Below, piece after piece: positions 33,062 through 42,532 of a stretch of DNA of 64,000 nucleotides. The notes under the pieces are model-generated. The model was not told the origin of the DNA. It did no database searches and saw nothing but the letters and a program-made list of their open reading frames with translations. A program made the translations under genes and the position numbers. Position 1 is the first letter of the stretch, and each line of letters starts with the position of its first letter. Origin of the DNA: an uncultured Pelagibacteraceae bacterium (GTDB lineage Bacteria > Pseudomonadota > Alphaproteobacteria > Pelagibacterales > Pelagibacteraceae); assembly GCA_902598265.1 (NCBI GenBank), contig CACKAY010000001.1, positions 77,511 through 141,510 of the forward strand, read 5' to 3'.

Positions 33062-33159
33062 ATTTATTAATTATTTTTTAAAATAATAACCAATCTTAGT
33101 ATCTCATAGTAATCTAGTAATAAGTTGATTTCCATTAAAACACGTATATCTTTAAAAGT

Positions 33160-34257
33160 ATGGATATGATTCTATTTATAATTCTAGTTATACTACTTGG
33201 TGCAACTTTAGGTATTTTATACTTAAATTTAAGGTCAAAACCTAAAGATCAGAATGAGAATAAAGAAGCTGAGGAATTAGCTAATTTAAATGCTGAAATA
33301 GTGAGGTTAAAAGATAGCCTTAATTCTACAATCAATACATCGCTTAGTTCAATGTCTACTTCATTTAATTCTTTATCAACCGGAGTTACAAAGGATATGA
33401 CTGAGGCCTTAACCAAAGTAGATGAGAAGGTTGGTAACTTTAATGAGCAAGTTAAATTATTAAATCAAAGCCAAGAGGGGATTACTAAAATTTTAGCAGG
33501 GGTTAAAAAGTATGGAACTTTGGCTGAATATTCTTTGGATGCTTTAATCAAAGATTTGTTACCAGCATCTCAATTTATGACAAATGTCAAAATGAAAGAG
33601 GACACTAGTGAAAACGTAGAATTTGCAATCAAGCTTCAAGGAGATGTCTTGGTTCCAGTAGATTCTCATTTTCCAGTAGAAAAATTCAAAACCATCACTG
33701 ATGCATATGATGCAGATGATAAAAAAGCAGTTGCAGATGCTAGGACAAAATTAGTAAGTGCATTTAAGGCCAAAGCAAAAAGTGTCATGGAAAAATACAT
33801 TGTTCCACCAAAAACAACTGATTTTGCAATAGTGTATGCACCAACTGAAAGTCTTTATAAAGAATTAACTGAATACCAAGATCCAAGCACAAAAGAATTA
33901 TTAACCCAAGAATTAATGAAAAAATATAAAATTGTAATTTGCGGCCCTAATACTCTTTCAGCCTATTTACAGTCTTTACACATGGGATTTCAATCTCTTA
34001 AGGTTCAAAAGGGTGCAACAGAGATTTATAATCACTTAAAAACAATCAGCACAAGGTTTGCAAAGCATTTTGACAACGTCATAGTTTTAAGGAAAAAGCT
34101 AGAAGAGGCTATGAACGTAGTTGATAAGTTTGGCACTGATGCAAGATCAATCACTAGAACTTTAGAAAATATTAAAGATCCCGAGCAAGTTGAAAAAGCT
34201 GTACTGACAGAGAACGTTGAAAAATTTGTTGAGAGAAATAAACAGCTTAAAAAATAA
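33160..34257 (+). CDS. rmuC: DNA recombination protein RmuC
   Basis: N-terminal TM helix, coiled coil, G.LAEYSL, VEFAIKL, VDSHFP, KYIVPPKTTDFAIVY.PTESLY, GPNTL.A.L. Confidence 0.88.
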   Translation: MDMILFIILVILLGATLGILYLNLRSKPKDQNENKEAEELANLNAEIVRLKDSLNSTINTSLSSMSTSFNSLSTGVTKDMTEALTKVDEKVGNFNEQVKLLNQSQEGITKILAGVKKYGTLAEYSLDALIKDLLPASQFMTNVKMKEDTSENVEFAIKLQGDVLVPVDSHFPVEKFKTITDAYDADDKKAVADARTKLVSAFKAKAKSVMEKYIVPPKTTDFAIVYAPTESLYKELTEYQDPSTKELLTQELMKKYKIVICGPNTLSAYLQSLHMGFQSLKVQKGATEIYNHLKTISTRFAKHFDNVIVLRKKLEEAMNVVDKFGTDARSITRTLENIKDPEQVEKAVLTENVEKFVERNKQLKK

Positions 34258-34294
34258 TTTCTTTTTTCACATATTACCGACTATAAGAAATCAA

Positions 34295-34981
34295 ATGCGT
34301 TGGAACAAAAAATACAACTATCCATCAAGTTCAAGAGCTACCGAAGATGGAATAAGAAGATATGTTTTAGGAGAAGCAAAGTTACCAAGTGTAACTTCAA
34401 TACTTGATGCAACAAAGTCAGAGGAAGATAAAGCAGCCTTAGCAAATTGGCGAGAAAGAACTGGCCATAAAGAAGCTGAAGCAATTACAAAAGCAGCCAG
34501 TAGTAGAGGTTCTCAGATGCACAGCTATTTAGAGTCTTTTCTGTTAGGAAGAGAAAATTTAAGTTTCTTTGAGGATAACGAACAATATAAAAAAATGGCA
34601 AAAGAAATAATTGATAAAGGTTTATTAAATAGGTTGGAGGAAATATATGGTGTGGAATGTACAATGCATTATCCTGAGAGATATGCAGGTACAGCAGATT
34701 GCGTTGGTGTTTATGAGGGAAAAGAAACTATTATTGATTTCAAACAATCCAATAAACCAAAAAAGACTGAATATATAGATTCTTGGTTTTTACAAACAGC
34801 TGCTTATTCATTAGCTCATAATGTCGTTTACAATTCAAATATCAATGCTTGCGTTATTCTTGTTTGCACAGTAGATAATTTGTTTCAAGAGTTTAAAATT
34901 CAAGGACCTGAATTAGTAACTTATCAAAATTTATTTCTTGGAAGACTTAAAAAGTTTAATGAACTCACAAATTTGGAGTAA
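34295..34981 (+). CDS. PD-(D/E)xK exonuclease, MGME1/phage exonuclease (RecB-nuclease-like) type
   Basis: LPSVTSIL, WRERTG, RGSQMH..LE, YAGTADC, IIDFKQS.KPK, FLQTAAY. ATG 34295 is the likely start. Confidence 0.82.
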   Translation: MRWNKKYNYPSSSRATEDGIRRYVLGEAKLPSVTSILDATKSEEDKAALANWRERTGHKEAEAITKAASSRGSQMHSYLESFLLGRENLSFFEDNEQYKKMAKEIIDKGLLNRLEEIYGVECTMHYPERYAGTADCVGVYEGKETIIDFKQSNKPKKTEYIDSWFLQTAAYSLAHNVVYNSNINACVILVCTVDNLFQEFKIQGPELVTYQNLFLGRLKKFNELTNLE

Positions 34982-34989
34982 TGTAAATA

Positions 34990-36426
34990 ATGGATAAAAT
35001 AGTAATCTATGATACCGAAACAACCAATAGCACTATTTGGGGATCAATAATTGAAGTAGGTGCTGTCGTTGTTGATAAAAATCTTAAAGAGATTGGAAAA
35101 TTAAATATCAGAGGCAGAATGCCAGAAGGAGAGGTGCCCAGTGCAAAGGCTTTGCTTGTTAATTCAACTAGCATTGATTTACTTACCAAAGGCAATTATT
35201 CACATTATGATTTTTTAGGTGCTGTTGAAAATTTTTTCACAAAGTGTGCTCCAGCAGTATTTATGGGTTGGTCAAATTTAAATTTTGATCGAAGAATGTT
35301 CCACTTTAATTTTTTTAAGGGTAATAGGTATCCTTATGCCACCCACTCATCGCCCAATAGTGAACATGATGGTTTGCATATAGCTAGAGCAGCCCAAACA
35401 TTAAACTCAGAGACCCTAAAAACAGAGCTAACCGAAGCAGGTAATCCAAGTCTTGCACTGGAATCTCTATCTAGAATGCAGGGTTTTGACACTTCAGCTA
35501 GCCATACAGCCTATGTTGATGCACAGAATTCATTGAAGGTTTTAAGAATTATAAAAGACAAACATAAAGAAAATTGGGATACCTTTTTAAAGACATCAAC
35601 AAAGACTAGCGTTGAAACATTTTTAAAAAATGAAGGCATATATTCTATTTTTGAAAATGTGAAGGGTCGGAATATGATGTATCTTACTGGTACGCTATAT
35701 CCTAATCATTGCTTTCACCCGTCATATGCATCTTGGGGATATGTTTGGGACCTAAGAAGGGATCCAGAACCATTGTTAAACCTACCAATAAATCAATTAC
35801 GAGATGTATTAAAAAAATATAGCCCTAAGGCTTTAAGAGTTTTAAAAACTAATAAAGCACCAGTAATTTTAGATAAACAATTTGCTCTTAAACAAAAACC
35901 TTATTCAGAACTAGATTTAGCAACAATTCAAAAAAGGGCTAAACTTGTTAGGGAAAATGAAAATTTTTGTAAAAATATTCAAATCATAAATAGAGAAGCT
36001 GCAGAGGAAAAGGAACAAACAAAAACCCAAGAAGATTTATTACCAGAGGAAACTCTTTATGAGAAATTTATTCCAAATAAAGATACTGCATTATTTAAAA
36101 CTTGGCATAGCTCATCTTGGGAAGACAAATTGAGATTATTAGATAAGTTTCAAGATAAAAGATGTAGCTGGTTTGGCCAAAAAATTATTTATCAAGAAGC
36201 ACCGCAAATTCTACCACCTGATCTTTATAAAAATATCAAAAGTGAAATTGCTAGAAGAATTTTGAGTAAAAATAAAGAAAAGTGGCAAACTGTTAATATG
36301 GCTTACACTGAAATTGATTATTTAAGAGACCAAGCTTCTAATAGAGATGATGAGGAAGAATTAAAAAAATTAGATGAAATAAACGAGTTTATAATGTCAA
36401 TTGAAAAAAAATATGAAATTGCGTAG
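34990..36426 (+). CDS. sbcB: Exodeoxyribonuclease I-like DEDDh 3'-5' ssDNA exonuclease
   Basis: YDTETT, N..FD, SH.A..DA, KTNKAP, EETLYEKFIP..D. Length 478 aa is typical of ExoI. Confidence 0.82.
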   Translation: MDKIVIYDTETTNSTIWGSIIEVGAVVVDKNLKEIGKLNIRGRMPEGEVPSAKALLVNSTSIDLLTKGNYSHYDFLGAVENFFTKCAPAVFMGWSNLNFDRRMFHFNFFKGNRYPYATHSSPNSEHDGLHIARAAQTLNSETLKTELTEAGNPSLALESLSRMQGFDTSASHTAYVDAQNSLKVLRIIKDKHKENWDTFLKTSTKTSVETFLKNEGIYSIFENVKGRNMMYLTGTLYPNHCFHPSYASWGYVWDLRRDPEPLLNLPINQLRDVLKKYSPKALRVLKTNKAPVILDKQFALKQKPYSELDLATIQKRAKLVRENENFCKNIQIINREAAEEKEQTKTQEDLLPEETLYEKFIPNKDTALFKTWHSSSWEDKLRLLDKFQDKRCSWFGQKIIYQEAPQILPPDLYKNIKSEIARRILSKNKEKWQTVNMAYTEIDYLRDQASNRDDEEELKKLDEINEFIMSIEKKYEIA

Positions 36427-36460
36427 TTGACTTTGTATTAGTAAATTATAGAAAGATTGA

Positions 36461-36778
36461 ATGCTGACAGATTTTAAAGACGAAGATTTTGATAACAAAA
36501 TTAAAAATGAGGATATTTCTGTAATTCAATTTTCGGCTGCATGGTGTGGACCTTGCAAAGCTTTAAAACCAATTATGGATAAACTAGCTGTTGAGTATAA
36601 AGATAAAGCAGGATTTTATTACGCTGACATTGAAGAAGGTGGAATAAATACTGGTAGTGCCGCTGGAATAAGAGGGGTGCCAACTGTAATTATTTATAAA
36701 AAAGGTGTTGAAGTAGATAGAAAAGTTGGCGGTGTACCCGAAAGTCACATGAAAGAATTTTTAGAAAAAAATATTTAA
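36461..36778 (+). CDS. trxA: Thioredoxin
   Basis: WCGPC and IRGVPT. Confidence 0.95.
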   Translation: MLTDFKDEDFDNKIKNEDISVIQFSAAWCGPCKALKPIMDKLAVEYKDKAGFYYADIEEGGINTGSAAGIRGVPTVIIYKKGVEVDRKVGGVPESHMKEFLEKNI

Positions 36779-38040
36779 TTTAAATTCAAAACTTCAGAAC
36801 AAAGATATAAAGATCCAGTAATTAATAGTAGATCTCCTTGATTTAGATTTACGCTTTTAATCGCATCTTCAATACTTTCTTTATAACTTACATTTGGCAT
36901 ATTTTTGAATTTTTCTTTTAATTTAAGCCCACTAATTGCATTTGGCTGGTTTTTAATATCTACAGTTGTTATTGAGTCAATATCTTTAAAGTGGTTAATA
37001 TATTTTTCATGTTCTTTATTATCCATCATACCAATAATGACATGTTTTTTACAATCTAGGCTTTTTAAATATTCATTTAACACTCTTGCTCCATCTTCAT
37101 TATGATCTCCAGATATTAAAAAAAGATTGTCTTTAACTAAATCTTTTAATTTACCTGACTCAATTGTTTGAAGTCTTGCGATATTGTCGATTTTTTGAAT
37201 ACCTTTTTTTATGTGATGATCTTCAATGCCCAGATCTAATATTCTTAAAGTTGCGATAGCTGTTGAAATATTTTCCTGTTGAAATTGACCTAATACATTT
37301 GGTTTTGGTAGTTTTAATCCACCAAATTTATCTTCATAATAAAAGAATTCATTTTCTCCATTTGAAAATGAAAAATCATCATTAAAAAAATACTTATTAG
37401 ATTGATTTTGATGAATAGTTTTTTTAATCTTTTCTAATGTTGAAATAGGGTATTGTTTTGCAACAATAATATTTGAATTTAAAAGTTTTGAGGTTTTTTC
37501 AAAAATAATCTTATCAATAGTTCTCTCATTTTCTGGAAGCCAGTCTAAATGGTCCTTCGATATAGAAGTTACAATACTTGCAAGATTATTTTTTAAGATA
37601 TTTGTTGCATCAAACCTATGAAATAAACCTGCTTCAATTAGATTGAGATTATCAGGATATTGAGCTGCTTTATAAAAATAACATGCAGTTAAAATTTCAA
37701 AGAACGTTATTGGATTATTCGCATTTACTCTCTCAACCTCCTCAAATAAAGAGGCCAGTTCATCATCCCCTAGTTGTTGGTTGTTAAAAACAAATCTTTC
37801 ATTTATTTTTTGAATATGAGGGCTGGTGAAAACATTGCACTTTATTTCTGTCTCTTTTAAAATTGAATAACAAGCTTGAATTGTTGAGTTTTTACCATTT
37901 GTCCCAACAATACTGATGGCTTTGATTTTATCCTGAGGATTACCAAGTTTTTCACAAAGGTGAATAATTCGATCTAAGCTTAGATCAATTTCTTTTTTAT
38001 GCAATTTTAGAAAGCGACTGAGTATTTTCTGTAGTTTCAT
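36775..38040 (-). CDS. folC: Folylpolyglutamate synthase/dihydrofolate synthase
   Basis: VGTNGKNS, TSPH...NER, TFFEILT, DATN, TGSLYL. Confidence 0.93.
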   Translation of the reverse strand: MKLQKILSRFLKLHKKEIDLSLDRIIHLCEKLGNPQDKIKAISIVGTNGKNSTIQACYSILKETEIKCNVFTSPHIQKINERFVFNNQQLGDDELASLFEEVERVNANNPITFFEILTACYFYKAAQYPDNLNLIEAGLFHRFDATNILKNNLASIVTSISKDHLDWLPENERTIDKIIFEKTSKLLNSNIIVAKQYPISTLEKIKKTIHQNQSNKYFFNDDFSFSNGENEFFYYEDKFGGLKLPKPNVLGQFQQENISTAIATLRILDLGIEDHHIKKGIQKIDNIARLQTIESGKLKDLVKDNLFLISGDHNEDGARVLNEYLKSLDCKKHVIIGMMDNKEHEKYINHFKDIDSITTVDIKNQPNAISGLKLKEKFKNMPNVSYKESIEDAIKSVNLNQGDLLLITGSLYLCSEVLNLN

Positions 38041-38923
38041 CTTGTTCAGTGCCTATAACAGAATTTTTCTTTAACAATATTGACAATAAAGTTCCAATTT
38101 TTTCAGCCAGATCCTTTCTTTCAACAATTAAATCTACAAAGCCTGTCTTTTCAACATATTCACTCTTTTGAAAACCTTCTGGTAATTCTTCCTTAACAGT
38201 TCCTTGAATTACTCTTGCTCCAGCAAAAGCGATTAGCGCTCCGGGCTCAGCTATATGAATATCACCTAACATTGCATAGGAAGCTGTGATTCCACCAGCA
38301 GTCGGGTCCGTAATACAAACAAGATATGGAAGATTATTATTTTTTAATTCATTTATTGCTAGTGTGGTTCTTGTCATTTGAGATAAAGAAATTAAACTTT
38401 CCATCATTCTCATTCCACCCCCTGCACTTACACATAAAAAAGGAGTTTTATTCTCAATTGCATGTTGAATACCGTATAAGAAAGCTTCTCCTTCTGCAGC
38501 TGCCATTGATGCACCTAAAAAATCAAAATCAGATGCAACTGCAGTGATTTTAATATCACTGATTACACCACTTACAACCATCATCCCACAATCCATACCT
38601 GTTTTTTTTCTGGCAGATTTTAATCTATCCTTATAGGATTTTGAGTCTGTCCAGTTTAAAGGGTCATCTTTTGGGATGGGTGTTTTAAATATTTCGTAAT
38701 TATCTTTTCCAAATAAAATATCAAATCTTTGTTTAGGTTTTATTCTGTGGTGTTTATTACAATCAGGGCAAACCCATAAATTTTCTTCTAAATCTTTTTT
38801 TAATATTGGACCTTTGCAACAGGATGTCCAATCACTATTAGCAATGTCTTCTTTGGACGCTCTTTTATGAATGGCAGATTTGATTTTTTCACCTGCTTTG
38901 ATTATTTTAGTGATCCAATTCAT
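37997..38923 (-). CDS. accD: Acetyl-CoA carboxylase carboxyltransferase beta subunit
   Basis: GGMRMMES, DPTAGG.TASYAMLGD, AFAGARVI, LPEGFQ. Confidence 0.96.
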   Translation of the reverse strand: MNWITKIIKAGEKIKSAIHKRASKEDIANSDWTSCCKGPILKKDLEENLWVCPDCNKHHRIKPKQRFDILFGKDNYEIFKTPIPKDDPLNWTDSKSYKDRLKSARKKTGMDCGMMVVSGVISDIKITAVASDFDFLGASMAAAEGEAFLYGIQHAIENKTPFLCVSAGGGMRMMESLISLSQMTRTTLAINELKNNNLPYLVCITDPTAGGITASYAMLGDIHIAEPGALIAFAGARVIQGTVKEELPEGFQKSEYVEKTGFVDLIVERKDLAEKIGTLLSILLKKNSVIGTEQDETTENTQSLSKIA

Positions 38924-39720
38924 TTTATTTTGTTTTTTAATTTTCTTACTAACTTACCTACATTTGTGACAGGATTTTGTCTACTATTTAAACTTCTCGT
39001 AATTTCTTTACAAATAGCACTTCCCACTACTAATCCATCAGCAGATTTAAGCTTTCCAATTGTCTTATCTGTTATTCCAAAACCAATCACAATCTCCTTT
39101 TTTGGATTAATTTTTTTTATCCTATTGTAATTTTTAATTATTTCTTTAGGTGATATTTTTAATTTGCCACCTGTAGTACTTAGCATTGATATAAAATAAT
39201 TCATTGGATGAGAGTTTTGTATAATTTTTTTAAGTCTTTTACTCGTTGTTGTAGGTGATAAAAGTTGAATAAAATAAATTGATTTTCTTTTACATTTTTT
39301 TGCAAAATTTTTATTTTCTGGCCAAGGCAAATCTACAACTATTAATCCATTTACTCCTGAGTTTTTACATTTGTTTAAAAAGTTGTTATCTCCATATTGA
39401 AAAATCATATTATAGTAACCCATCAATATAATAGGTTTGTTTTTATCAAATTTTTTAAAATCTCTAACAATCCTAAATATATCATTTATTTTGATACCCT
39501 TTTTAATTGCTCTATACGCGCTAGTTTGAATTTGGCTTCCATCTGCAACAGGAGTATTGTGGGGCACACCTACTTCTAAAATATCTGCATTTTTAGATAT
39601 AGATTTTAATATATCTAAAGATTGTTTTTTTGAACTATCACCAGCAACAGTGTAGGTTAATAATGCTGGTCTTTTTTCTGCTTTTGCTTTTTTAAATGCA
39701 ACACTAATTGGATTTAACAT
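38920..39720 (-). CDS. trpA: Tryptophan synthase alpha chain
   Basis: AGD, LEVGVP...PVADG..IQ, LMGYYN, VDLP, GFGI, VVGSA. Confidence 0.93.
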   Translation of the reverse strand: MLNPISVAFKKAKAEKRPALLTYTVAGDSSKKQSLDILKSISKNADILEVGVPHNTPVADGSQIQTSAYRAIKKGIKINDIFRIVRDFKKFDKNKPIILMGYYNMIFQYGDNNFLNKCKNSGVNGLIVVDLPWPENKNFAKKCKRKSIYFIQLLSPTTTSKRLKKIIQNSHPMNYFISMLSTTGGKLKISPKEIIKNYNRIKKINPKKEIVIGFGITDKTIGKLKSADGLVVGSAICKEITRSLNSRQNPVTNVGKLVRKLKNKIK

Positions 39721-40948
39721 ATTTTTTGCCTAATCTTTCTTCTAAAATTCCTCGGTCTTTGTAAGCATCGCCACAACTATTAATTACTACCACAGTATTT
39801 TTGCTAAGTTTTTTTGCCTCTTTAAGTGCAACAAAAAAAGCATGGCTTGGTTCTAAAGAAGGTCTTAATTTTTCGAATTTAGTAACAAGTTTATAGGCGG
39901 TTAGAGCCTCTTCATCACTTGCTGCTGTATACCTTGCTCTCTTGGTATCCTTTAAAAAACAATGAAGTGGAGATATTCCTGGATAATCAAGTCCTGCTGA
40001 AATCGATTCCGTTTCCTCAATTTGTCCATCTGAGTTTTGATTAACATACTGAGCTGCGCCATGAAGTATACCAATTTTTGAGCCATAGGTTAAAGGTGCT
40101 GCATGTTTTTTACTTTTTTTAGGGCCACCAGCCTCTACACCAATAAACTCCACTTGTCTTTTATCATAATCCATAAATTCATTCCAAAAACCAAAGCTTG
40201 AACTTCCGCCTCCTACACAATTGTATAATTTAAGTTTTTTTGGAATTGTTCCAAACTCATCAATTAATTGTACTTTTAACTCTCTTGAAATTTGGCTAGT
40301 GCTCCATCCACATATTCGAACAAAAACTGCTGGTCCAACTGTACTTCCAACACACATTGCTGTTGTATCACAATTAGCAACCCAAAATCGCATACATTCT
40401 GATACAGCATCAACAAGCGTTTGACTCCCTGAATAGACGGGTATGACTTCAGCTCCATTTTTTTTCATTGCTTTTACATTTGGCTGTTGTCTAGCAATAT
40501 CCTTTGCGCCCATAAATATTTTGCATTTTAAACCAAACTTTTTAGCAGCCATACTCAACATTTTCCCAGCATACCCAGCACCCGTATCTCCACATATAAT
40601 TTTTTTACCAGATCGTTTTGCAAGCAAACAATGAACAGTAGCGTTGTAAATTTTATGAGCTCCTCCATTAGCATCCGATACAACTTTGGACCAAATTTGA
40701 GCACCACCAATGTGATTTGTAAGATTTTCTAGTTTTATAAATCTCGTAGGAGATCCAACCCAATTTTTAAAGTACTTATCTCTCTCGTTAATAAATTTTT
40801 TATCCTTTTTTAGTTTATTGAATAAAACTTCCAAATCTTCTATCGGTTTTTTTAAAGTTTCAGGAACAAAGTTTCCTCCAAATTTACCACCCCAAAATCC
40901 AAGTGAATTTCCTTGATCAATAACTGGAACTCTCTTTTTAAGTTTCAT
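39704..40948 (-). CDS. trpB: Tryptophan synthase beta chain (divergent)
   Basis: FGGNFVPETL, GAHK, CVGGGS, SISAGLDYPG, LEPSHA. Lies between trpF and trpA. Confidence 0.9.
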   Translation of the reverse strand: MKLKKRVPVIDQGNSLGFWGGKFGGNFVPETLKKPIEDLEVLFNKLKKDKKFINERDKYFKNWVGSPTRFIKLENLTNHIGGAQIWSKVVSDANGGAHKIYNATVHCLLAKRSGKKIICGDTGAGYAGKMLSMAAKKFGLKCKIFMGAKDIARQQPNVKAMKKNGAEVIPVYSGSQTLVDAVSECMRFWVANCDTTAMCVGSTVGPAVFVRICGWSTSQISRELKVQLIDEFGTIPKKLKLYNCVGGGSSSFGFWNEFMDYDKRQVEFIGVEAGGPKKSKKHAAPLTYGSKIGILHGAAQYVNQNSDGQIEETESISAGLDYPGISPLHCFLKDTKRARYTAASDEEALTAYKLVTKFEKLRPSLEPSHAFFVALKEAKKLSKNTVVVINSCGDAYKDRGILEERLGKKYVKSN

Positions 40949-41562
40949 ATTTTCTTAAATAAATTTAACAATTTATCGATTTTATTAATATCTTTTTTTC
41001 CATTTTGGTCTTCTAATGCTCCACTGAGATCAATAATAAAGTCTTTATTCTTTAAATTAGGTATATCATCTATTTGAATATTTCCTGCAATCATTTTACT
41101 TAAATCACAAGGTACATCATCTAGTAAACTATGATCAAAGCTTTCAGATTTATGGTAACCTTTCGAGTCAAATAAAATTATATCTGAAATTTCTTTATAA
41201 CCCTTATATTTAATTACATCATCTTTACTTGAAACATTAATAGCAGTGATTATTTTTTTTTTGAATTTAGATTTTATTTCTTTTGTTCTATGAGGGTTTA
41301 CATCATAAAGCTGATAGTAATCAAAATTTAAATCTTTTATTTTTTCCAGTATTTCATTATCGGGGTTTACAAGCACAGAAACAAATTTAACCTGTTTTTT
41401 ATCTATATTTATTAAATCTTTTAATTTTTCAAGTTTAACAAACCTTTTACTTATCTCATAGTTTGTAATGAAGCCTATCATTGTTGGTTTATGATTATGA
41501 TTTAAAATATATTTTAAAGTTTCAGGATCCGAGACCCCACAAATTTTTAAACCCTTGATCAT
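40945..41562 (-). CDS. trpF: Phosphoribosylanthranilate isomerase
   Basis: LKICG, S.RFV, LFDS, AG, DLSG..E...G.KD. Confidence 0.88.
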   Translation of the reverse strand: MIKGLKICGVSDPETLKYILNHNHKPTMIGFITNYEISKRFVKLEKLKDLINIDKKQVKFVSVLVNPDNEILEKIKDLNFDYYQLYDVNPHRTKEIKSKFKKKIITAINVSSKDDVIKYKGYKEISDIILFDSKGYHKSESFDHSLLDDVPCDLSKMIAGNIQIDDIPNLKNKDFIIDLSGALEDQNGKKDINKIDKLLNLFKKI

Positions 41563-42233
41563 TTACCTAAGTGATCGATTAAATTTTGAATATTTTTCTT
41601 TATATTACCCTGGGTTATGGGTCTTCCCATTACAAGCCAGTCACTACCATTTTTATAAGCCTGTTTAGGAGTTACAACTCTTTTCTGATCATTTGATTTA
41701 GAATTAAATCTTATACCTGGAGTTATAATTTCTTTTTTAAATACTTTTTTAACTAGTTTTACTTCTTGAGCGCTACATACCATAGCATCTAATTTTGCTT
41801 TATTTGCTATTTTTGCCTGATGAAGGACTAATCTTTTTACATCTTTATTAAATCCAATATCTTTTAATGCTTTATTGTCTAATGATGTAAGAATTGTTAC
41901 TCCAATTAATTTTATTTTCCCCGAAACTTTTTTGGTTGCTTTTAAGGCTTCTAAGCCAGAGCTAATATGTATAGTTAGATAATTAATTTTTAAATCCTTT
42001 ATGGCTTTAACTGTTGATACACAAGTATTTGGAATATCGTGAAGTTTTAAATCTGCAAATATTGTTTTATTTTTCAATTTGGACAGAAAAGGTCTTCCAC
42101 CTCTTGAGTTAAAAAATTCAAGACCAAATTTATAACCTACTTTTATTTTTGAATTTTGAGTTTTGCTTATAATTTTTTTAATTTTTGAAATATTGGTACT
42201 ATCACAAGCAACAAAAATTTTATTCTTTTTCAT
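41559..42233 (-). CDS. pyrF: Orotidine 5'-phosphate decarboxylase
   Basis: DLKLHDIPNT, VTILTS, TPGIR, DQKR, MGRPIT. Confidence 0.96.
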   Translation of the reverse strand: MKKNKIFVACDSTNISKIKKIISKTQNSKIKVGYKFGLEFFNSRGGRPFLSKLKNKTIFADLKLHDIPNTCVSTVKAIKDLKINYLTIHISSGLEALKATKKVSGKIKLIGVTILTSLDNKALKDIGFNKDVKRLVLHQAKIANKAKLDAMVCSAQEVKLVKKVFKKEIITPGIRFNSKSNDQKRVVTPKQAYKNGSDWLVMGRPITQGNIKKNIQNLIDHLGK

Positions 42234-42513
42234 TATTTAACTTTTTAAATAAGTCTTTTGCCATTTTCCATTTTATTGTTTTTTTTTGTGGAACATTAAT
42301 TTTCTCTCCTGTTTTTGGATTTCGCCTAATCGAAGCTCTTTGAATATTTGTTTTAAAACTACCGAATGATCGAAATTCGCATCTTTCATTTCTATTTAAT
42401 GACTCTTTAATTTCTCCAATAATTATATCGATTACTTTACTTAAATCTCGGTTTAAAAAATTTGGGTAGGATTTTTTGAGTTCTTTTACAAGCTCTGATT
42501 TTACGATAGCCAA
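42220..42513 (-). CDS. ihfB: Integration host factor beta subunit (HU/IHF family)
   Basis: KSEL, RSFGSF, RNPKTGE. Directly downstream of rpsA. Confidence 0.85.
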   Translation of the reverse strand: MAIVKSELVKELKKSYPNFLNRDLSKVIDIIIGEIKESLNRNERCEFRSFGSFKTNIQRASIRRNPKTGEKINVPQKKTIKWKMAKDLFKKLNNEKE

Positions 42514-42532
42514 TTTAATTCAATTTTAAATT

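Noticed and set aside
33160-36426. Prophage or mobile island explanation for the phage-like exonuclease
   Set aside because: No integrase, att-like tRNA duplication, terminal repeat or structural gene was seen nearby. An ancient phage origin remains possible.
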